DNA from: Promethearchaeota archaeon Loki_b32
GTDB lineage: Archaea > Asgardarchaeota > Lokiarchaeia > Sigyniarchaeales > SOKP01
Direction: 5' to 3'
NCBI GenBank assembly: GCA_005223125.1
Contig: NJBH01000005.1
Location: 32,001 to 96,000 of the forward strand
Length of the DNA stretch: 64,000 bases
Position numbers and translations under genes: made by a program. A model generated the notes under the pieces. The model was not told the origin of the DNA. It saw nothing but the letters and a program-made list of their open reading frames with translations, and searched no databases. Positions 31,167 through 39,047 of this stretch are shown one piece after another. Every line of letters starts with the position of its first letter. Position 1 is the stretch's first letter.

Positions 31167-33218
31167 TTAACGATTAATATACTTCACTTTAAAGGAACTT
31201 AATTTTCCATCTTTTACTATTATTTCTCTATACCCTCCTGCAGTCTCGGGATGTCTATAACTACCTAATCCTAATGCAGGGGTCTGAACGACAAAAGGTC
31301 CATTCTCCCTAATCTGCTTTGCATTAGTAAACATTTCAGAATATTCATCATAGTATATAGCAGCAGGATTTTCGATTTTTTTTAGTCTAAATGGAGGTGC
31401 ATCATAAACACTGGATTTTGTCTCAGTATCTTCTAATCTAAACTCTTTTGAATCGTGTGTATGACCCGCAAGGGTGAGAATACAATAATTTTTACAGAAT
31501 TCAACAAGTTTTTCCCAATTTGATGAAACTGATCCATATTTCATATTAAATACACCATCAATACGTGCTGCTGATACTGGCTTCCCTAATTTTTTAATTA
31601 ATGATTCTTTAAACTCACTCATCCTTTGTTTAATAAATCGACTTCCTTTTTTTTCAAATATATTAATACTAAATTTTGAGCCTCCTGTGTTTAAAGGTGG
31701 TCCATGTAAAAAAAGGTAAGTGTTAATGTCGTCTTTAATTACGTTATTTATTAGATTTTCTAAATATTTGATTTGTTTATATGAAACACCTGTCACAGAG
31801 GGATGTCCAGTTAACAAATCCCTTAGATTTTTAAAGGAATCCGATCCTGTGTTTAGAATAATAAATAAGTTATCACCTAACATTATAGAGAAATCTAATG
31901 ACGGATTTACTTCTGATAAATACCCTTTTAAGGCAAGTGAAGTTTTAGTTAAAGCAGTAATTGGTGAAGCGGAAAATAATTTATTTAATGCTATTGCTTC
32001 TGAAGCATTTAGCCCAATCTTCTTGTACATCTCAGCCCATGTGAGATCATAATGAAAAGGTCGATAATCATGATTTCCTAAGGTTGTGAAAATTGGACAA
32101 TTTAACTCTTCACCTCTGACAACTCCTTTATATTTTTCTGTGGAGGGAACGTTTAAGATTAAATTTTTAAACGTTTTCCAATTACTATCATCGTAATTAA
32201 ATTCATTTAGTTTACGAAGTTTCTTAGACAATCTACTTAATATTGTATAGTCAACAATATCTCCTGTTAGTACAATGAGATCTAATTCATTTCTAAGTAC
32301 TTTCCTATTCATTAATTTAATAAATCTTCTAAATTGATTATTCGGATTAATCAGACGCTTCCTCAATGGAATTTTAATTTCAGATAAAATTCCTTCTTCT
32401 TTTGTTTTTTGCTTTTTAATCTTCAATTTTTTTTTTACTGTCTCAAAAAAATCTTCAACGCTTTCCTTAATAGAAGATTCTGCCCATTTTTTAACTATTC
32501 CATAAATATTATCATTTCTTTCCGCTAAATGCAGATCAGTGGCATGGACAAATGTAAAATTTTCCCATTTTTGCTTTGAAATTACGAGTGAGTGATAATT
32601 TATTTGGTCATTAGCACAAAGGATATCAAACATTACAAAATTTCGTTCCTTTAGAAATTTAAGAACTTCTTTACTCAGAGTAAACTTAATAGTTACTTTA
32701 TAAAATTTGTCTAATTCGCCAAATACTTGATTTTTTATTAAAACTTCTTGGGGACTCAAATCTTCTGTATTAGAGATATTCTGAATTGGGATTATGGAAG
32801 AATTTTCAACATTTAATACTTTTGGAAAAATAGTTTCTCCTCTATGTAGTCGTGATTTTAATTGCTTTAATCGTTCTAAATTTAAATCTAAATCCTTTCC
32901 ACTTTCCAATAAATCTTCAATGAATTTTTTTCTCTTTTTTCTAGCTCTTTTTTCTCTCCATTTAGAGAACAATCCTTTTGGTTTTTTCACGAAAATAAGT
33001 TTATAAGACCATTTATAGTCATATAAAGGCACTAAGGTTATATGATTTTGAATGGATTTAGTAAAAGCCTCTAAATCAATATTATCGGTAATAAGAAGCA
33101 AATTAGCTTGAAAATCTTTGTTCTTCAATTTATGATCTATTTTTAAAATTGATGGACAGCCCAAATTCGGACTTATAAGAATAATTTTTCCCGTTTTCTC
33201 TACTTCTGTCGAATTCAC
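31167..33218 (-). CDS. Calcineurin-like metallophosphoesterase with long N-terminal region
   Basis: TDLH, GDIVD, GNHD, LHGPP, GHTH. Confidence 0.85.
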   Translation of the reverse strand: MNSTEVEKTGKIILISPNLGCPSILKIDHKLKNKDFQANLLLITDNIDLEAFTKSIQNHITLVPLYDYKWSYKLIFVKKPKGLFSKWREKRARKKRKKFIEDLLESGKDLDLNLERLKQLKSRLHRGETIFPKVLNVENSSIIPIQNISNTEDLSPQEVLIKNQVFGELDKFYKVTIKFTLSKEVLKFLKERNFVMFDILCANDQINYHSLVISKQKWENFTFVHATDLHLAERNDNIYGIVKKWAESSIKESVEDFFETVKKKLKIKKQKTKEEGILSEIKIPLRKRLINPNNQFRRFIKLMNRKVLRNELDLIVLTGDIVDYTILSRLSKKLRKLNEFNYDDSNWKTFKNLILNVPSTEKYKGVVRGEELNCPIFTTLGNHDYRPFHYDLTWAEMYKKIGLNASEAIALNKLFSASPITALTKTSLALKGYLSEVNPSLDFSIMLGDNLFIILNTGSDSFKNLRDLLTGHPSVTGVSYKQIKYLENLINNVIKDDINTYLFLHGPPLNTGGSKFSINIFEKKGSRFIKQRMSEFKESLIKKLGKPVSAARIDGVFNMKYGSVSSNWEKLVEFCKNYCILTLAGHTHDSKEFRLEDTETKSSVYDAPPFRLKKIENPAAIYYDEYSEMFTNAKQIRENGPFVVQTPALGLGSYRHPETAGGYREIIVKDGKLSSFKVKYINR

Positions 33219-33423
33219 TTTTAAAAAAGTACTCTGTTTATGAAACTAATTATTGCATTTATTTCAAATATATAATCTTACTAGATAATCGTAATTTAAA
33301 AATGTAATCAAGTTATTACTTCGTAGTTATGATTGTAAGAATAAAGCTATGACTTATTATCATTAAAAATGGAATAACCTAATCGAGACTGTATTCTATC
33401 GTTATGTACATGAAAATATATCG

Positions 33424-33669
33424 TTAAATCGAAATAAATATTACATTATCTCCTCGAACAACAATATCTCCAAGTGTCTCGTGTTCTTCACGAATGTTAC
33501 CCTCGTCATCTTGATATTCAAAAAGCTGGGTGGTTTCTTCTAAATATAGGTTTAGGTGCTCGTCGAAGCCAATTAATATTCCCCTAAAAAGACGGTTACG
33601 CTTAACCTTAATGAGAATGACTTTATTAATTGAAGATTTCAAATAATCGATAGGTCTGTTATGTTGCAT
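33424..33669 (-). CDS. Sm-like archaeal protein (Lsm/SmAP)
   Basis: RGILIGFDEHLNLYL (Sm1), VVRGDNVIFI (Sm2). Confidence 0.95.
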   Translation of the reverse strand: MQHNRPIDYLKSSINKVILIKVKRNRLFRGILIGFDEHLNLYLEETTQLFEYQDDEGNIREEHETLGDIVVRGDNVIFISI

Positions 33670-33884
33670 CTTTTATAAACTCGAAAAAACAATTATTGAT
33701 AAAAAAATATTTATAATAACAAGTAAATACACAGCTAATTAAAACCTTTTGATTCAACCGATTCTTATTTTTATAGTTCCCTATATAAAAACTCACATAT
33801 AAACAAATGATAAATTTGTCTAAGGAAGAATAAGATGATAAGGAAAAAGAATTGTATTCATTCAACTTTTTATTATATTAGGTG

Positions 33885-33892
33885 TTTATATA
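33885..33892 (+). promoter_or_regulatory. Putative TATA box of the tRNA gene
   Basis: TTTATATA about 25 nt upstream of the tRNA 5' end. Confidence 0.4.
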
Positions 33893-33916
33893 ATCATACA
33901 ATTACCTTTTAATATT

Positions 33917-34024
33917 AGGCCTGTGGCCCAGTTTGGATAAGGCGGCAGCCTCCTAAGCTGCAAATCGGGGGTTCAATGTGAAATGTACTTCACATTTCAT
34001 GAACAAATCCCCTCAGGCCTGCCA
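33917..34024 (+). tRNA. tRNA-Arg(CCT) with a 30-nt intron (33977-34006) at position 58/59; CCA encoded
   Basis: Acceptor stem AGGCCTG/CAGGCCT, anticodon arm GCAGC-CTCCTAA-GCTGC. The T arm GGGGG-TTCAA|AT-CCCCT is restored after intron removal. A BHB motif spans the junctions. Confidence 0.93.
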
Positions 34025-34071
34025 TTTTTAATTTTTGAAACTTTATAAGGTATTGAATTTTTTTCAAGATA

Positions 34072-36030
34072 ATGAAACAAAAGTATGTTACTAACTTATC
34101 ATATCTAAAAGTAATAGTTAGACCCAGGTTTCCTAAATTCATTCGAAGATTAAACAAAATTATCATGAGGCATGGTATTGTTCCTTTAGTGAGGATTTTA
34201 GGAAAGTTATTAGGAATGGGATTTAGCAAGAATGGTGTCAAAAGATATCCTGAATATTTCATAACCTTAAAAGATGGCACAAAATTAGCTACGGACGTGT
34301 ATGTTCCAAAGAAGGTTTTTAAGAAAAAAAGCAAGTGTCCTACGATTTTAGTAAGATTACCATATTGGAAAGACAGTATGAGTATATTAGGGTATGTGTA
34401 TGCTGCTTATGGATTTGTGACAATCATCCAAGATATTAGAGGAACAGGTCATTCAAGTGGTTTTAACTATTACTTATTTACAGAAAGAGATGACGGTTTA
34501 GAAACTTTAGAATGGATTTCTAGACAATATTGGTATAATGGTAAAATAGGAATGGCAGGAGCAAGTTATTTTGGGATAACCCAGCTTGCTTTATCTTGGG
34601 ATAATGAATACTTAACTTGTATTGCCCCAGCTATTACATCTACATTGAATCTGTGGATAAATAATGGAGGTTTACAAATTCATGCTCTTACAACTTCGAT
34701 TTATAGAATAATGGTTAATATTGTATCACACCGAGATATTCCTCCGGTAGATACATTAACAAAATTAATGTATGAGAGATATCTAAATCCTAAATATGCT
34801 TTATTCAATGATTCAGTTAAAAAGAAGGGTGGAATAAGATTATCTCAATTAAAAGGCAAATCTATTAAAGAAGTTCAAGATCTCTTAGTATCATTTTATA
34901 ATATCAATAATTTTGACTCCTCTAAGCGAAATCTCAATATCTATTTTAAATTTCTAAATGATTTCTTAATAACACGAGTTTTGGATAAGGATTCATATAA
35001 GATGTCTGGATTTTTAGAAATGGATGCAAGTAAATTCTCTCAACCTGCTTTCATGTTAGCTGGTTGGCAAGATATGTTTTTTGAACAACAACTAAATGAT
35101 TTTCTCGAGATCAAAACGAGTGCTCATGGAGATGCTAAAATATATTCTAAAATGATAATAGGAAGTTGGGCTCATGCTGCGAAGGGTCACCCAGAAAGTC
35201 GGATTAGAAATGCAGGAATGCCACGATTTTTCAGAGAGTTATTGAAGATAGATTGGAACCGCTATTGGCTACTGAATGACAAGAATGCATTTCCCGATAT
35301 TAATAAACCTTCGATAAAATATTGGGTTATGGGAAAAAATATCTGGAGATACACGGAAAATTGGCCGCCTGAGAATATTGAATATAAAAAGGTCCATATT
35401 CATTCTGTCCAAGGGGCAAATAGCATAAAAGGGGATGGTATATTAAATTCCGAAGAACCAAGTAATGAGCCAGAGGATAAGTACATTTTTAATCCGATAA
35501 ATCCAGTGATTACTAAAGGAGGAAGAAACCTAGGTATTTTAAAAGGAGCTCGAAATCAAAAAGATGCTGAAAAGCGAAAAGATGTTTTGATATATTCTAC
35601 CAAACCATTAGAAAAAGGGATTGAAATTACGGGCTCTGTGAAGATGGTACTTTATGCTTCCTCTTCAGCGAAAGATACTGATTTCATGGTTAAGTTAGTA
35701 GATGTATATCCTCGAGGAAGAGCGATAAATATATTAGATGCGGGAATTCGAGCTCGATTTAGAAATGGCGATGATAATCCCTCTCTTATAGAACCAAGAA
35801 AAGTGTATAAGTATGAAATAAAATTAGGAAATGCGTCGAATTACTTTAGGAAAGGTCATCAAATAAGAATAGAAATATCTTCAAGTAATTTTCCCAGATT
35901 TGATATCAACTCAAATTTAGGCGGAGAGGGTCAACCAGCAGATTTTGTCATAGCTGAACAAGAAATATTTCATACAAAGGAGTTTCCTAGTCACCTTATA
36001 ATCCCCGTTTTTGAAAGTAAAGAACTTTAA
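34072..36030 (+). CDS. CocE/NonD family serine hydrolase
   Basis: DGTKLATDVY, RLPY, QDIRGTGHS, GASYFG, GWQD, GSWAH, SSSNFPRFDIN. Confidence 0.92.
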   Translation: MKQKYVTNLSYLKVIVRPRFPKFIRRLNKIIMRHGIVPLVRILGKLLGMGFSKNGVKRYPEYFITLKDGTKLATDVYVPKKVFKKKSKCPTILVRLPYWKDSMSILGYVYAAYGFVTIIQDIRGTGHSSGFNYYLFTERDDGLETLEWISRQYWYNGKIGMAGASYFGITQLALSWDNEYLTCIAPAITSTLNLWINNGGLQIHALTTSIYRIMVNIVSHRDIPPVDTLTKLMYERYLNPKYALFNDSVKKKGGIRLSQLKGKSIKEVQDLLVSFYNINNFDSSKRNLNIYFKFLNDFLITRVLDKDSYKMSGFLEMDASKFSQPAFMLAGWQDMFFEQQLNDFLEIKTSAHGDAKIYSKMIIGSWAHAAKGHPESRIRNAGMPRFFRELLKIDWNRYWLLNDKNAFPDINKPSIKYWVMGKNIWRYTENWPPENIEYKKVHIHSVQGANSIKGDGILNSEEPSNEPEDKYIFNPINPVITKGGRNLGILKGARNQKDAEKRKDVLIYSTKPLEKGIEITGSVKMVLYASSSAKDTDFMVKLVDVYPRGRAINILDAGIRARFRNGDDNPSLIEPRKVYKYEIKLGNASNYFRKGHQIRIEISSSNFPRFDINSNLGGEGQPADFVIAEQEIFHTKEFPSHLIIPVFESKEL

Positions 36031-36039
36031 GTTTGTAAG

Positions 36040-36318
36040 TTAGAACACTTTCTCACAATATAATTTTAATTTTCTACCAAATTTATTGATAATTCCTTCT
36101 AAAGATAAGCCCAAATCGGGAATTCCTATCATCTTTCCCTCATCATTACTAAGGAAAATATCTTTTTGTTTCAACTTCAATTCTTTTAATAAGGAGAGAT
36201 ATATCTCATGAAATTTTTTTCTCAAATTCGTTTGGCTTAATGAGATTTTTATTATTTCTCCACTCTGAATAATCTTAAAGGATAGAAACTCATCACTCTG
36301 CATATTTGAACGACTCAT
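36040..36318 (-). CDS. Small protein, possible ubiquitin-like beta-grasp fold without diglycine
   Basis: Beta-beta-alpha-beta-beta pattern with IFLSNDEGKMI...LSLEGII...KLKLY; fold inferred by eye. Confidence 0.5.
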   Translation of the reverse strand: MSRSNMQSDEFLSFKIIQSGEIIKISLSQTNLRKKFHEIYLSLLKELKLKQKDIFLSNDEGKMIGIPDLGLSLEGIINKFGRKLKLYCEKVF

Positions 36319-36476
36319 ATTTCTTAAAAAGAAATAAGGCTAGACTTTAATTAAAGCTATTCCATTTTTACAAAATTATCAATAATTCAATGTTGAGTCG
36401 TCTTGGATGACAATACATAACGAGCTGTTTAAATAAAATTGAAACACTATTATAACTCGCCTAAAAAAAAATAGAG

Positions 36477-38216
36477 GTGAAAAATTTGCCAAAAAGAATA
36501 TTAAGAGTAAATATGACCAATCTTGAGAGTCAATTCGAAGATTTACCAGCGGATTATGCTGCTTTAGGTGGCAGAGGGATGACTTCTACTATTGTAGCAA
36601 AAGAAGTACCCCCAACCTGTAATCCATTAGGAATACATAATAAGTTAGTATTTGCTCCGGGGATCGTAACTGGTACTAAAGCACCCACAAGTGGGAGGCT
36701 TTCTGTCGGCGGAAAGTCTCCTTTAACAGGAGGCATTAAAGAAGCTAATGCAGGCACTCCTTTCGCCCAAATGTTAGCGAGAATGCGGATAGGTGCAATA
36801 ATAATTGAGGGTAAACATGCGGGAGATGATTATTATCTTTTAAAAATAACCATGGATGGAACTGAATTTATAAAAGCTAATAAATGGGTTGGAAAGGGAT
36901 TATATGGTGTATATAAGGATCTTTTTAAAGAATATGGTGACAAAGTAGGGATAAGTGGTGTGGGAATAGCTGCTGAGCTTCTTGGAGCTATGTCAGGAGT
37001 TTGTTTTAACGATCCTGAGGGTTTACCCAGCAGATATGCAGGACGAGGCGGATTAGGTGCTGTTATGGCATCTAAAGGGTTAAAATTCATTATAGTTGAC
37101 GATACAGGTGCTCCAGGAGTGGAAATTGCGAATGAAGAGGTCTTCTCGCAAGGGATTAAAAAATTAAGAGACGCCCTTACATCTCATGATGTAACTAAGC
37201 CAGGTGGAGCCCTTAATTCATATGGTACCGCCGTATTAGTGAATATAATAAACGAAGCAGGCGGTCTCCCTCAAAGAAACTTTTCTTCGGGTCAAGATGA
37301 GGGGGCAGAAAAAGTATCTGGTGAAGCTAAAGCTGAGGAAATAAAGAAGAGAGGAGGAACACGCCCTCATTTCTGTAATCCAGGATGTATTATTCAATGT
37401 TCTGAAGTTTGGGTAAAACCAAATGGAAAAGACCCAGTTGGTGTTCTTGAATATGAAAGTGTTTGGGCACTTGGACCTAATTGTGCGATCTATAATTTAG
37501 ATGATATAGGTGAACTAAATCGAGCGTGTAATGATTTAGGAACAGATACAATCGAAGCAGGTGATACGATCGCCGTAGCAATGGAAGGTGGTTTAATTGA
37601 GTTTGGTGATGGAAAGGGAGCTATAAAACTAATGGATGAAATTCGCAAAAAAACACCAATAGGTAAAATATTAGCTCAAGGCACTGAAATTACTGGTAAA
37701 GTTTTTGGAGTAACAAGGATTCCTACTGTTAAAGGGCAAGGACTACCAGCATATGATCCAAGAGCAATTAAGGGAATAGGCGTTACATTCGCAACAACTC
37801 CTATGGGAGCTGACCATACTGCTGGTTATGCTATTGCTCCAGAAATCTTAGGTGTTGGTGGAAAGTTAGATCCCCTGAGTCCTGAAAAAGCAGAAGTATC
37901 TCGAAACCTACAATTTGCTACAGCAGCTATTGATGCATCAGGATATTGTCTTTTCATTGCATTTGCGATTCTTGACATTCCTGAAGGATTGCAAGGTGTT
38001 GTCGAATCTTTAAGCGGTGTATTAGGAGCTAATCTAACTGTTGATGATGTTGGACCAATTGGAAAGTCAATTATTGACACAGAACTTGAATTCAATAAAA
38101 AAGCAGGATTTACAAAAATCCATGATAGACTTCCAGAGTTTTTTCTTGAAGAAAAACTCCCACCGCATAATACGGTATTCGATGTGCCAGATGATGATTT
38201 AGATAGTGTGTTTTAA
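36477..38216 (+). CDS. Tungsten aldehyde:ferredoxin oxidoreductase family protein
   Basis: LGGRG, KSPLTGGIKEANAG, AGRGGLGAVMASKGLK, CNPGCIIQC, EYES, AYDPR, GADH. Confidence 0.93.
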   Translation: MKNLPKRILRVNMTNLESQFEDLPADYAALGGRGMTSTIVAKEVPPTCNPLGIHNKLVFAPGIVTGTKAPTSGRLSVGGKSPLTGGIKEANAGTPFAQMLARMRIGAIIIEGKHAGDDYYLLKITMDGTEFIKANKWVGKGLYGVYKDLFKEYGDKVGISGVGIAAELLGAMSGVCFNDPEGLPSRYAGRGGLGAVMASKGLKFIIVDDTGAPGVEIANEEVFSQGIKKLRDALTSHDVTKPGGALNSYGTAVLVNIINEAGGLPQRNFSSGQDEGAEKVSGEAKAEEIKKRGGTRPHFCNPGCIIQCSEVWVKPNGKDPVGVLEYESVWALGPNCAIYNLDDIGELNRACNDLGTDTIEAGDTIAVAMEGGLIEFGDGKGAIKLMDEIRKKTPIGKILAQGTEITGKVFGVTRIPTVKGQGLPAYDPRAIKGIGVTFATTPMGADHTAGYAIAPEILGVGGKLDPLSPEKAEVSRNLQFATAAIDASGYCLFIAFAILDIPEGLQGVVESLSGVLGANLTVDDVGPIGKSIIDTELEFNKKAGFTKIHDRLPEFFLEEKLPPHNTVFDVPDDDLDSVF

Positions 38217-38226
38217 GCAAAATTGA

Positions 38227-38517
38227 TTGAAAATGCCAATTGCTTTAAAATTATTCGGAGATTTAAGAAAAAAAGTGGATCCAAAAGTATCAGGAACCTT
38301 ACCATTACGATTAAAGATTGATGATCCAGAAATAACATGGGTATCAGATATACTTAGAAAGTTCATGATTGAAGAAAATGAGGTTAGCCATATTTTTGTA
38401 AATGGTCGATTTGCTGGATTTAGAAAGAAAGTGAGTAGAGGAGATACTGTAGCATTATTCCCTAAAAACATGGGATTATTATATAAATGGTATTTTAAGC
38501 GAGAAGAAGATGAATAA
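38227..38517 (+). CDS. MoaD/ThiS-like protein lacking C-terminal GG
   Basis: LKLFGDLR...IFVNGR...GDTVALFP, then extension KNMGLLYKWYFKREEDE. Confidence 0.8.
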   Translation: MKMPIALKLFGDLRKKVDPKVSGTLPLRLKIDDPEITWVSDILRKFMIEENEVSHIFVNGRFAGFRKKVSRGDTVALFPKNMGLLYKWYFKREEDE

Positions 38518-38755
38518 CAACTCAATCTCAGTTACTGTTAAGTTTTTTGCTACATTAAGGCAATATGGACCAGATAAGGATGTCTTAATAATTCCAGAAA
38601 ACAGTAAGGTTAAATTACTATTCGATAAATATAGTATTCCAAAGGAAGAACGAAGAGCAATTATATTAGTCAATGGACGACCTCATAAGGACCTTAACAC
38701 TGTTATCAAAGATGGAGATTTAATTTCAATTTTTCCTCCAATTGGGGGCGGATAA
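38510..38755 (+). CDS. MoaD/ThiS/SAMP sulfur-carrier protein
   Basis: VKFFATLR, ILVNGR, KDGDLISIFPPIGGG. Confidence 0.93.
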   Translation: MNNNSISVTVKFFATLRQYGPDKDVLIIPENSKVKLLFDKYSIPKEERRAIILVNGRPHKDLNTVIKDGDLISIFPPIGGG

Positions 38756-39047
38756 TTCTCTACAAAATCTAAATATCTTTTTTTTATTTTTATTTCTAAA
38801 TTATTAGAAATTCAAATTTTATCAATTTCTTGTATTTAATTATATGGGAGAATTATTTAACATTCTATTGAAATATATAACAAATTTAACTGTAATTTTT
38901 TATTTGTACGGGACATCGGAACGTAAATTATCAATATCTTATAGAATATTACATGAAACATAAAATAATGTTTGTGATATTATCTATTAAATTAGATATT
39001 TTTGCGATTATACTTAATATATAAGAAATTAGAAGGAATCCTTAATC

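Noticed and set aside
33990-34334. 114-aa minus-strand ORF
   Set aside because: Antisense to the tRNA 3' part and the CocE gene; shadow ORF.
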